A stretch of DNA of 63,993 bases, the filler included, from Diploschistes diacapsis (taxonomy: Eukaryota): assembly GCA_023645945.1 (NCBI GenBank). It is 6 parts of 6 records of this genome, joined end to end, with 100 filler letters (N's around TTAATTAATTAA, not from the genome) between each part and the next. Parts side by side here need not be neighbours in the genome. Positions count along the whole stretch, not along the records: positions 43,317 to 54,024 come from JALAIB010000900.1; positions 54,125 to 63,993 come from JALAIB010000987.1; 4 more parts are not named here. One strand, given 5' to 3'. A program made the translations under genes and the position numbers. Positions 48,713 to 60,581 of this stretch are shown piece after piece; the first letter of the stretch is position 1; every line of letters starts with the position of its first letter. The notes below the pieces were generated by a model. That model did not search any database, was not told the DNA's origin, and saw only the letters and a program-made list of their open reading frames with translations.

Positions 48713-50690
48713 TAATACGACTTAGAGTGTATATACGCCCGACTATTCAAGAAGATGTCGACAATTGACTTCCTGTCAAGCCATGCATGCACGAAAAACG
48801 ATACTATTAGGGTTGATGAGCGCTTCGATGCGGCCTCTGCACTGTGTCCCTTAGACCTCACCACCACCGGAGAAGCTTTCCTTCCCTTGTTCATCATTGA
48901 TTTCTTTACCTTGGGATCTATCTGCTTTTCATATTTTTATAACAAAAATTGCTTCCTCTGAATGCTCATAGACTTCGACTTTTTGCATAGACTACTGTCC
49001 ATCTTTAGAGGACTATTGTTATTTATATCAGTTAAGTAATGAATGGTCTTTTTTCCGTCACTCAGTGCAATGCAATGCGATCTGGTGCCCACTTTAACCT
49101 TCTCTCTTTCTTTTAAACTTGCTTGCTTGTTATTTTTAATGCTCCTCTAAAGCTGCATAGGATGCATGCAGATGTTCTTTGAGAATAGCTCATTATTAAA
49201 CGTTTTTCCTATATTTCATGACTGGAACACAGGCTGAGATTTATGTCTCCACCGTACTAAATTTTCTGCAGCTTCCTTATACCAGATGACACCCATTCCT
49301 ACATGGATCACCACCGATTGCACATGCTCTATCCCCTCCCACGTTCCGACAGGATCACACACGAACCCCGTATCTGACTGCATCAACTTATGCCATGAGT
49401 TCTGTTCAATCCTATGGGACTATGGTGATAGCGATTCGTCTTGGCTTTTTGGGGGCCGCGTCCTCCGACCCAGGGAATGTGATTGGTCTAGCCAAGAGAC
49501 AATACAAAGCCATGCACACGAGGCTGATTTGAACAGTGAAGGGTAACACTTGCCAAATTGAATGGCAAGAAACAAGAGGTGTAGGCGCCCCCTCTCTTAA
49601 GCGTGATGGCCGTCTCAGAGCCGAGAACAGGCTTGCAGATCGCCATATCAGCAATCGGGCGTCGGCACTCGAAGTCTTGACGTCCAGAACCAAGGGTTGC
49701 GAGGTCCAATGAAGTCAACACGACTTGGTCCCAAGTGCACACCACCGATCAACCATGAGTACGTGTGGCATCTATCGCACATATTCATTGGACCGGAATC
49801 AAAAAGCTACTGCTAAGGCTAGAAACGCAATGCTCTGTTGTATTTCTTTCATTGGATGGTAGGGTTACAATTTTGGTGCCGAATGACATCTAACGTAGAG
49901 TGATAGAAAGCGCCAGTTCAGTACCGCTACACCACATAGCCAAAAAGACTAGTATTGGACTAAAGTGATATGTATCCGTGAGACTAGAGACTAAATGAAT
50001 GGCTTGCAGATAGTGTATTACCTTTTGCAGGTGATCACTTTGACAACCCGTTGCTCAGAGCAGAGATCGTTTCAAAGATACGAGATATCTTGTAAGACAC
50101 AAACGGTTTCGTGATGAATATATCATAAGATGGTCAGAAATAGGGGCCGAGGCGGATAGATACTGGAGAGAGATTCATCAACATAAAAAAGCTCAAGGAC
50201 CGGGTTATTCCTGTACTTCTCAACTTGCAGCACCGCACAATGTTGGTCGAACCAGACATCAGAAAGCAGCAATCACCCAGGGTGCAGGAGGAATCAGGAT
50301 TCCCTGTAACTTGCCTTTCATCACAGAGCTGGAGTAGTCTGGGAGAGTCCACAAAGCCTATTTTCGACCATCCTTCAGCTTCATGGTGCTGTATGCTTTT
50401 GGACAGGCTTCACCACACCCCATGCGGACTCTCGTAAATCATTCAGACTGCTTGAATATTCTCTAAACCACCCATCCGAAATATGTCGGGCCTCTTCAAT
50501 CGGATGCTTCCCCATCCAACCCTCTTCTGTAGGCAGTTACGCAGAAAGTCTCATTTGTGATGTTATCACTAAAGAACGGATTTAGGAGACCGCTTTCCCC
50601 TCTAGAATTATATAAAGAACGACAAACCCGCATGAAACCCTTGAACGAAACCATTACTCAAATATTGTTATTCTTCTCTGAAGAGCAAAC

Positions 50691-51911
50691 ATGTCGCCAT
50701 ATCTCCCAAACACCAATCTTACATCTCTTTCAATTGGATCAAAGATCTATTGCTACGCTCAATCCTACCATGGAGCATTATTGAACTCGAAGGCCGCATC
50801 GACACGACCAAAAAGCATAGCGATGTCTACTTCCGAGAGAACCAGACGAACATAGGAATCACCGTTCGTTATCGGGATGATGATAATGATGATGACGACG
50901 ACGATGAAGTTCCGCCCTCTGATGTCCCCAAGATGTTTACTCCCCAGCAGCATCTCTCGGAAACACCCGGGTCAGCACTTCCTTCACATCCCACTTCCAT
51001 CGAGATAGCTCACGCATAACACAGTACCTAATCTACGCGAACGACGCTAACATCCTCCACGACATCGTCTTCAAAGATGGCTCCTGGCAAAAAGGCAGCC
51101 TCTGCAATCTCAAAGGCGCCGACGGCAAAACCGGCATCCGCTGCGCTCCCTACTCCAAACTCACCGCCGCAACCATCAAAAAAGACGATAAGGAGATCTT
51201 CTGCGTCTACTACTAAGCCGACGGCAAACACGGGCCCGTCCGCATGATCAGCTTCATCCCAGGACAGAGCTGGCACTACACCTTCTGGCCCGACGGCCGC
51301 ATGACAGTCCAATGGATCGACCCGCCCCTGTACGGCACCTCGCTAACAGCCGTCAAGCCGCGCGAGGGCATCAACCTCGCCGAGGACGAAATCGGGAAAC
51401 AATTCTCCGTCGTGTATCTGCAATGGGACACGCAGGCGATCGCCGAATGCCAGGGTCTCAGTGCGTCCTTCCCTTCCTCCCTTTTTACCATCCCACGCCC
51501 AAACCCGGCCCAGCTCAACCCCCACCCCTCAGCCTAGACTAACCCCCCGACGTAGAAATCCAGCCCATTCCGGGCCTAGAAACCTTTCAACTCTCGCCCC
51601 ACACAAGTCTCACTGCCGTTGACGACGGCAGCAACCTCTACGTCTTCTACAAGACAAACGACAACATCGTGCACATGGTGCGCATCGGCGACGGCAGAGC
51701 GGTCGAAGCGGTCGCCAACGTCGCGGTCCCCATTCCGCGCAGCGCCATCGCGGCCGTCATGCCGCTGAAGCACAAGAATCGCGTTGTACTGTTTTATCAG
51801 CGCTGGGCGCAGGGCAAGAGCGAGAAGGTCGATATTAAGACTAAGACGCTGAGTAAAGGGTCTGCTGGCGTATGGGAAGTTACTACTGAGACTAACGTTT
51901 TGTCGGGGTAG
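50691..51911 (+). pseudogene. Fungal fucose-specific-lectin-like beta-propeller pseudogene
   Basis: Repeated blades (LPNTNLTS, FTP.AAS, APYSKLTA, LYGTSLTA, SPHTSLTA, IPRSAIAA), each followed by a xYxFY-type strand. Introns 50971-51024 and 51461-51555. Frameshifts near 50778 and 50945; nonsense TAA at 51214-51216. Confidence 0.65.
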
Positions 51912-52494
51912 AGAAGGGGAAGATGGCGCGGATGGATGTGGGGTGTGAAGGAGGGGGTTTTAACGCAGGACTGGATGGTTATGAGATATGCTGAACGGCC
52001 GACCAAAATTTTCATACTGTTGATGCGCGATATTCGGAAGGACTGCACTCCTTGATTTGTAGCTCGTCGAGTGAAATAGTGTGAACTAGAAGACATCCGA
52101 AAATTTTTGAGTGATGATTGAAACGGATGGGGATTTCGAATATTATTATGTTTAGGCTATGGCGGGTTGGCCGTTAAATATATCCGTAGTATTAAACGAC
52201 AATCAATATGGAGGAGCCTGGTCTTACATAATTGGAAATATCCTCCTCAACTGGCTACTGGACCTCTGATACACATCTAAGAGTTCTCCATGCGATCAAT
52301 GTTTGTTGAAGAATTACTTATAGTAATACCTTGATACCTTTTACGTGCCCTTCAAACTCAAGTTAAAATTTGCGGATCTTTGTCAGGCTTTCCAGCGACC
52401 GTCGTTGAAGGAAATCACTTATTACCCCTTTCCCCCCGAAATTACCCAATTTGTTAACCTTCCACCACAGCCGTTCCTTCAGCTGAGAAGAACA

Positions 52495-53439
52495 ATGGCC
52501 GATCCAGCAGACCTCTCCCAACATCCTAGCGCACAGTCCTACCAGAAACCACCCCAAAGCCCCAAACGAACCCTCCTCCTCTACCAACAAGACCCCACCC
52601 TCCGCACGCACACCACCCACATCCAATCAATTCAGCCGTTCACTACCCTTGCCTCAGACCATCAAACCCTTTTCAAAACCGGCACACCAAGCCATCACGT
52701 CGTCATCACCGCCTCCACCATCTTCTGCGCCCAAGGCGGGGGCCAGCCCAGCGACACGGGACTCATGCACGGCACCTCCTCTTCCCCCCGGTGTTCCTTC
52801 TCCGTAGAATCCACTCGATACGGATCTCACGGGCAGATCTTCCACTTCGGACACTTCCTCCCCCCGCCCTCCTCCTCCTCCTCCACCGCCACCACCGCCA
52901 ACAACAGCGCCCCCATGTTCACGGTCGGCGAGGAAGTCTCGCAAACCATCGACAGCCCCAAGCGCGATCTCCACGCGCGCATTCACACAGCGGGACACAT
53001 CCTTGGGCTCGCCGTGCGGCATCTGCGGCAGATGGGCACTATCCCCGACGACGTGCGGGAGCGGAAGGCGATGCACTACCCCGACTCCGCGTTTGTGGAG
53101 TTCAACGGTCTGATAGACGGGCGGCACAAGGAAGCCATCCAAGCGAAGGCGGACGAGCTGGTGGCTGCGCAGATCCCGGTCCTTGTGCACTTCTGGAGCG
53201 AGGCGGAGATGGAGGAGAGGTGTGCGATGCCCTTTGATCCGGCGCTGAAGGCGCAGGCGGGGGAAGGGGATGGTGATGGGCGCGGGAGCTTGTTGAGGGC
53301 GGTGGAGGTGCAGGGCGTTGGGGCGTATCCGTGCGGGGGCACGCCGACGGTGGATACAGGGAGCTGTGGGCTTGTGGTTAGAAGGGTTTCGAGGCAGAAG
53401 GGGGTCAGCAGGGTTTCTTATCAGGTTGTGGAGGTGTGA
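52495..53439 (+). CDS. AlaX-family free-standing tRNA editing protein (ThrRS/AlaRS editing domain)
   Basis: QGGGQPSDTG, HTAGH and YPCGGT motifs. ATG at 52495. Confidence 0.88.
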   Translation: MADPADLSQHPSAQSYQKPPQSPKRTLLLYQQDPTLRTHTTHIQSIQPFTTLASDHQTLFKTGTPSHHVVITASTIFCAQGGGQPSDTGLMHGTSSSPRCSFSVESTRYGSHGQIFHFGHFLPPPSSSSSTATTANNSAPMFTVGEEVSQTIDSPKRDLHARIHTAGHILGLAVRHLRQMGTIPDDVRERKAMHYPDSAFVEFNGLIDGRHKEAIQAKADELVAAQIPVLVHFWSEAEMEERCAMPFDPALKAQAGEGDGDGRGSLLRAVEVQGVGAYPCGGTPTVDTGSCGLVVRRVSRQKGVSRVSYQVVEV

Positions 53440-53496
53440 TGAAGTGTGAGGATGATTGGGAAAGGGGGGGGAAGTTGGATTTTTTTGTTGTTCTAG

Positions 53497-54024
53497 TTAG
53501 CCCAGTTGTCCTTCTTCCAACTGTACTATGACTGGTGCATACTCCCCCCTCTCGTCTTCGCCTTCTAGCTCGTCCAGTTCGAGCTCGACATCCTCGCCGT
53601 CCTCGAGCTGTACCATGCCTTTCCTTACAAAGCTATCGCCCATTTCCCACTTCCACCCCGTGGACAGAAACCCCTCCAACGCCTTCATCTCCGTCCGAAC
53701 CTCGCTTTCCTCGTCTCCACCAAAGACGTCCTCGACCGTCCTCCCGAACCCCTTCAGCAGCCCCTTCAAGAAACCCCCAGAGTCATCCTTAATATCGAAC
53801 ATGCCTCCCTCAACATCATTGCAATGCCCAAGCTGCATCCTCAACACCCTCAGAAACTCCGCGAAAAACCCCGGCTGCCTCTCCAAAGCGTCGCGGCACG
53901 TCAGCACAAGCCCAAGGATCCTCTTCCACTGCTCCAGACACGAATAATTGGCCAGTAGCAGGCACATGAGGAAGCACACCTGCATCTCACCCAGCAACTC
54001 GCTCCCCCACACCTCGCCACCATC
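53497..54024 (-). CDS. AAR2: U5 snRNP assembly factor Aar2, C-terminal part
   Basis: LLGEMQVCFLMCLLLANYSCLEQWKRILGL and EDERGEYAPVIV. The 5' part is lost at the linker. Confidence 0.9.
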   Translation of the reverse strand, partial: DGGEVWGSELLGEMQVCFLMCLLLANYSCLEQWKRILGLVLTCRDALERQPGFFAEFLRVLRMQLGHCNDVEGGMFDIKDDSGGFLKGLLKGFGRTVEDVFGGDEESEVRTEMKALEGFLSTGWKWEMGDSFVRKGMVQLEDGEDVELELDELEGEDERGEYAPVIVQLEEGQLG

Positions 54025-54124
54025 NNNNNNNNNNNNNNNNNNNNNNNNNNNNNNNNNNNNNNNNNNNNTTAATTAATTAANNNNNNNNNNNNNNNNNNNN
54101 NNNNNNNNNNNNNNNNNNNNNNNN
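54025..54124. other. Artificial contig linker
   Basis: 44N-TTAATTAATTAA-44N. Confidence 0.97.
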
Positions 54125-54325
54125 ATAATATAATATCCGTGTTAATATTAATATTTTAAATTTTTTAATTACGATATCCGTGTCCGTGAATTTATAGAAA
54201 TATAGTATCCGTATTAATATCCGTGTTTTAAATTTTTAATTATAATGTCCGTGTTAGTATCCGCGTTTTAAAATTTTTTGTTGTAATATCCGTGTCAGTG
54301 ACCGTGGCACGAAATGGCCAGCCTA
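54125..54325. mobile_element. End of a RIP-mutated hAT-like element
   Basis: At least seven RTATCCGTGT subterminal repeats ending in GGCCAGCCTA (reverse complement TAGGCTGGCC). A similar end, TAGGCTGGCC...ACTGACACG, lies at 63030-63051. Confidence 0.6.
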
Positions 54326-54663
54326 GTTCTAACCTCCTAGAACCCTCGGGTCCCACTAGTGGCTCATGCAAGACAGACTAACCTGTTTAAGGCTAATATT
54401 CTGACAATATCAATATAAAAATAAACCAGTTATTATTAAAAAAGCGCCAAGACGCCAAGACAAGTCGATTAACTTTTGCAACGTACTATAAGTCAATTTT
54501 GGAGAGGAGCGTACGATCATTCCTTTAAACAAACATTTAATTTCTCTATCACCTGCTAGGCTCTAACAACTACACCTGAATGCAAACGGCATTGTTTTCG
54601 ATCTGTCAATGATACATCTCGAACTCTCTAAGTTGGCAAGAGCGCGACGATTAGTAGTTCAGA

Positions 54664-55287
54664 ATGCCACCAATCAAGAGACGTCGTGAGCCTCGGACCG
54701 AAGACGAAGTAACAGGCAAGAAAGCAAAGATGTCACCAACGTTGAATCTTCCTAGCGAAGTCAGCAAAGATGCTGATGGTAATGATTATTGGAAAGTGAG
54801 GCATCCTTACCCGTCGTCTAAGATTGTGAGAGGATATTCTCTGATTCTTGTTTCAACACATAGCTTGAGGGTACAAAGCGTGTCGTGATCTCCGAGTTCA
54901 AGGGTCAGCAGATGGTTAGTATACGAGAGTATTACGAGAAGGATGGACAGGCTTTGCCGGGCAAGAAGGTGAGTTTGGTGGTGCGCCTGCCCTATGGTCT
55001 ATATTGCATTTCCCCTTGGTAAGGAGAGACGCAATGGTAAGTTTATAAAAGGATTCAATACTAACCCCAGGCCCCAGGGCATATCACTTCCGGTGAAGCA
55101 ATTCTCTACGTTTATTTCCCTTTTACCCCAGATTGAGACGACATTGCATGAGAGGGGCGAAGTTGTCTCGAGGCCGATCTACAGGTACATGCCACCAGAT
55201 GAGAAGGATCCCCATAAAGACGAGAAAACTCCTTCGGATAGCCAGATGGGCAAGCAAAATTTTGAGGAGACTAGTGATGAAGACTGA
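54664..55287 (+). CDS. SUB1: Transcriptional coactivator PC4/Sub1
   Basis: Introns 54797-54862 and 54969-55077 give [46 protein letters not shown]. Confidence 0.92.
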
Positions 55288-55634
55288 ATGGCTACGTCTC
55301 CGTCCTGGATTAGTACTTCGGTAATGTTTCACGAAGCCTACACAACATCTTCAATGGCAGGCCTCTATTAACCATACTCGGTGCATAGCTATCTAATATA
55401 TCCCATTCGTTTGGCCCGTGCTAAGTCGTTCGCGGGCAATCAATAAAGGCATAGTGTTGTTGATCGAACACGACGCCCGAGAGGTGTCAACATTAACTGA
55501 CATCCCGTTGTGGAGAAGACAACGACAGGAACGATCAAGTTGGATTGTCATTACTTTGCGGTCGGTGAGCTTAAAACACAGACTGATTAGTTGCATGGAG
55601 CCATCCGGTCTTCGCAATCTTATGCTTACTATCT

Positions 55635-58600
55635 TTAGACGGATGATTCTTGTGTTTCTGCTCTTGACGTGAGGCTACCTTTTCTCCATGCGGCTTGCAC
55701 GTCCTTGGGCTGGATTGCCTTGCTTTCCATGCCTTTCTTACCCCAACCACCCCCTCCTGGTGTCATTACAACAATGCGTTCCCCTTTCTGCATATTTGCC
55801 GTGTTCTTGCCGCCTAGACTGACCCGCAATTCCTCAAATTCCCCGTTGTTGCCTCCACCTTTCTTGGGCACTTTACGAACCCAGATGTTTTGACCGCAAA
55901 GAGCATCCTCACCGCCTTCAAGGCCATATGGGCGATAGACTCGCCGCTCACTGAGGATAGAAACCTGCATTGGAAGGCGAAATTCGATGTCTCTAATTAC
56001 CCCTTCGCCGCCCGGATGCTGACCGTCTCCTCGACTTCCGCTTCGGACACTAAACTCGCGAAGCAGTACAGGGTATCTACGCTCAAAGACTTCTGTATCA
56101 GTAATTCGCGTGTTTGTCATATGAGTGTGCACAGCATCTGTTCCATTCCACGTAGGGCCGGCTCCGGAACCACCTGCAATTGTCTCGTAATAGCCAAAGC
56201 CTTTGCTACTGTTTGCATCTCCAGATTTGTTACCACCGAACCCAAATGTAAGGTTATTGCAATCGCCTTGAGAAGCGGCACAAGCACGGAAGCAGCGTAA
56301 TATGACATCCGTAACACGTTGGCTCGTCAACACGTTACCACCAACCACGGCAGCCTCGCCTGATGGGGACAGAATGGACCTAGGCGGAATCTGAACATTT
56401 ATTGGCTTCAAGCATCCTTGGTTGAGTGGTATATCCTCAGATATCAGACATCTAAGACAGTAAATGATAGCCGAATATGTTATCGCTTCTGGTGCATTGA
56501 TATTGGCATAGACCTCGGGACCGGTTCCATCAAAGTCGAAAACCGCCTTGCCTTCGTTTGGATCAATTGTAATCTTGAGCTTAATTGGACTTCCATCGTC
56601 CATGAAGTCTGTAGCTCTAAGATCTTGTCCTTTGAAGCGCACACTCACTTCCTTCAGCAGGTTTCGCACGCTCAACTCGGCATTGCTCTGTATGGATCGC
56701 ATGTAGAATTGCACTACGTCCTCCCCGTAGTCATCTATGAGTGTTTTGATCAGGCTGATCCCCTTCCTGTTCGCTGCAATTTGCGCCTTCAAATCGTTTA
56801 GGTTGTCCGCGAGGCACCTCGTTCCACTACATTCTGGAAACATAGCTGGCTCGTCGTAGAGAAGTTCAGTGATGCGTTTCTCGTTGAAACTGCCTTCCGA
56901 TACCAACTTTTCTGTTTTGATAGCTGCCCCCTCCTGATAAAGCTCCCTTGAATGAGGGGGCATCGAACCAGGGAGAGTACCACCGATGTCGGCATGATGA
57001 GCACGGGATGCTACATAGAATACGATCTTGCCTCCACTGAATGCCGGGGTTATTACAGTGATGTCAGGAAGATGCGTACCGCCGAATTCAGGATGGTTGG
57101 AAACCAGCACATCTCCATCCTTCAGCCTACCTCTCCAAATCTCGGCCTGAGTCCTAACGCAAGTTGACATGCTTCCCAGATGGACCGGTAAATGAGGCGC
57201 TGAGAAAGAAGTCAATCGAGATTTTCCTTTGAAAGAGACAGCATACCATTAGCTACTAAGCCACCACTGGAATCAAACAATGCGCAAGAATAATCTAGCC
57301 TCTCCTTCACATTAGTACTGACACTGGTTTTCTGCAGCGCCCTACCCATTTGTTCTGCTATGGCCATAAATCTGTGTGCAAAAATACTAAGCATGATCGG
57401 ATCCATATCCTTAGTGTTAGCTTGGGTTTCTCTGCCACCAGTTCCAATATCAATAACAACGTGTGTTTCGAGCATTAGAGCAGTTGATCCAGGAGTGATG
57501 ACAATTGTTTGCGTGCCATCTGCCAATATAGCAGGTCCATTGATCTGCTCTCCAACGTCGAGCTGTTCCAGCTTGTAGATTGGAGTGTCCAGCCGACCAC
57601 CCTCGTAATAAACTTTCGAGGTCCTATATTGCTTTTTGCTATCCACATGCCTTGCCCGTGCTTTGTTATTGGTCAACTGTTGATCTACCGATTTTTCCAA
57701 ACCCCTAAAACTCTTGCCAATCCCTCGTACCCTTACGTCGTCCACTATTATGTCTCGATCCGGCAACGTAAAGCCAAACTCACGTTCGTGCCGTGCGACG
57801 AAAGCTTTTCCAAAAGCCCAATGGTCTCCGCCATATAGGTTGGATGACTCTTCAGCGGAAGGTCGAACAATCATCAGCGCAGATTCAGTACCTCTATAGC
57901 GCATGTTAAGATACTCTTCAAAAACTATGCTTTCTTCACTAAAACCTTGCTCCTTCAAGCGTTCGGAGGAGTTTTTCTTGAGATTTTCCAAAGTGTTTCT
58001 AAGCTCGTTTTGGACCGAGTCATTCTCGCTCCATATTTTCGAATCAGGACTCTGGCTCTCATCCACGACGTCCGCGAGAGCCATACCATATGCCGATAAA
58101 ACAGAGGAATATTTGTGGATTAGTATCTGACGAATTCCAAGGTTCTCAGCTATGGCGACGGCATGCTGGCCACCTGCTCCTCCAAATGTAGCAAGACGGT
58201 GCTTCGACGTATCATGGCCTCTTGCCTCAGTGAGAGACCTTATTGGCCGGGTCATTGCTTCGTTAGCAATCTTAAGGAAGCCATATGCCACTTCATCCAC
58301 TGTCTTTTCCTTCGTACTATCGGCATTGGAATTTGCGGCATTAACTTGTTTTGTCAGTTCTTGAAAGAGCTTTGCACTTGCATCATAGTCAAGCCCCTCA
58401 TCCTCATTTTCGCCAAAGATGCTGGGGAAGAAGTCTGGGAGGAGCCGGCCGAGCAATAGATTCGCATCGGTAACGGTCAGGGGACCGCCTTTCCGATAGC
58501 ATGCCGGCCCTGGATGTGCGCCCGCAGATTCTGGACCGACCACAAAGAGTCCATTCTTAAAAAACAACCTAGAGCCACCTCCGGCTGCAACTGTGTTAAT

Positions 58601-59734
58601 GTCAAGTTGCGGGGACTGAATCGTAACGCCAGCTGTCGTGGTCTCAAAAACATGTTCATATCTTCCTGTTCCATAGCGGCTGACATCTGTGCTGGTCCCG
58701 CCCATATCGAAACCAATAACGGGAATCTTGATCTCGGGGTCGTACGAGGTCTGTGCGTACCCAACAACACCTCCTGCAGGACCGGACAAAATTGCCCGCA
58801 AGCCCGAGAACTTCGAAACATCGACCAAACCTCCATCAGATTGCATGAACTCACAACGAGCCCCTTTACTTCCGTTCTCCGACCTAACTTTCTCGGATCC
58901 CAGGCCTCCTTCAAAACCAGCCTCGAAGCCTTTAATATACTTTTTTATGGCTGGCGTGAGATAGGCGTCGGCACAAGCGGAGGTCGCACGAGGTACGAGC
59001 TTGATCATCGGCATAAGTTCGTGACTCAAGCTAACATGTTCAAATCCAACTTCTTTGGCGAGATTGCCAACTATTGTCTCATGATCTGTGAAGGTGTATC
59101 CATGGACTAGGCACACCGCTATACTTCGAAAGCCCTCGTCGTATAGGGATTGCATCTGAATCTTGACCTTTTCACGTGATGGTCGTTTCAAAATTCTGAC
59201 TGCTTCTCCTGATAAGCCTCTAACAATATCGGCATCTCTGGGCGTCTGGTTACGGGGTTCAGTTCTAGTGGCATGTCTGTATGGGTCTTCGGCGTAGTCT
59301 TCGAGTGTAACCCTTTCGTCGATTTCGATTACCCGCTTGTAAAGTACCTCAGGCTTTGAGATAGCGAGATCAAATATTCGTGGTCTAGACTGGTTACCAA
59401 TGACTAGGCAGTCTCGAAAGCCTTTAGTAACAACGAGAGCGATTTTCTCGCCTTTTCTTTCCAATAACGCGTTGGTTGCAACCGTGGTGCCCATGCGGAT
59501 GCTTTCTATCTTGGAGGTATCCAAAGGTTCTCCCCGTTGAATGTCCCGACCTTCGAACTTCGATAGTAAACGTCGAATTCCTTCAAGAGGAGCATCTTCA
59601 TAGTTCGTGGGATCTTCCGACAAGAGCTTAATAATGACATCGTCTTCCATCTTGCCTGTTCCCGGATTCCCCACACAGTCTGTAAACGTCCCGCCACGGT
59701 CGATAGCAATACGGATCCCTTTGAACTTCTCCAT
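55635..59734 (-). CDS. OXP1: 5-oxoprolinase (hydantoinase A/B fusion)
   Basis: IAIDRGGTFTD, MGTTVATNALLERKG, GFDMGGTSTDV and YYETIAGGSGAG. Single intron 57200-57246 joins AN-APHLPVHLGSM. Confidence 0.96.
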
Positions 59735-60581
59735 CTTTTTCAAAGCACCTGTCTAAGCTGTAGGAGTTGCAGTCAAGTAGGTAGCGTTAAGTCGCGAATG
59801 AATCAACACGAAATGAGCGAGGGTCGCTTCTTTGAGCAACCAAAACAGACGACCTGCGGTTCGAACGTATGGGTACTGCGAGTGGTTGCAAGATCATCGA
59901 TAAGAAAATAATACATGTAGTATGAAAATCTTCTATGGAAGTAATCAACAGACCAACATTTAAGCGGCTAAAAGTAAATCTTCAAACGCGCATCAAAAAG
60001 TTCCTCTGGCTATACAGCCAAATCCCTAACGTTCATTAAAGCCACGGACGGTAGGGGATTCAGTTATACTTGAAGGAGATTACAGTAGGCCAATTTGATG
60101 ATAGTTGAAATGTAAAACATTGTGCGGAATTGCGAAATAACCTGGTGATGATTAATGACGCAACGCAAGCAAATCGTGGCAGTGGAGAAACACCAGTCGT
60201 GAGAAACCAATAGCACAGGAGCTCCTAGTCTGAGCTCAAGTTCCACAGTTCTACCAAGTTGTTCAGTATTTGGGTAGTTGAACGGTCGACGCTTGGATAC
60301 TAGTAATGACGATCTAGTCATGCAAGTGCTCTTTGATGTTCATCTCAAATTTAAAGGGTATTTCATACAACGGTTTCCTGGTTTCCCGCAGCATCTTTTG
60401 AATTCCATTGGGCGTTGCATGCTGGATTGTCATAACGGACTGCGATTGGAACCTGCAGATCACGCTCGATCCATTCCCAAAAAGTTCGTCATTGAACGCA
60501 TACATCGCAGGTGATACTCTGTACATCCTATAAAACATGTGGATGGATGGCGCTGAGGTCCTAACGCTCCCTCAGTTGGGA

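Noticed and set aside
49286..49546. Cys-containing 86-aa ORF as a small secreted protein
   Set aside because: No signal peptide, known Cys pattern or convincing gene structure.
54125..54325. CRISPR-like repeat array
   Set aside because: Eukaryotic context, short irregular repeats and related spacers; better explained as transposon subterminal repeats.
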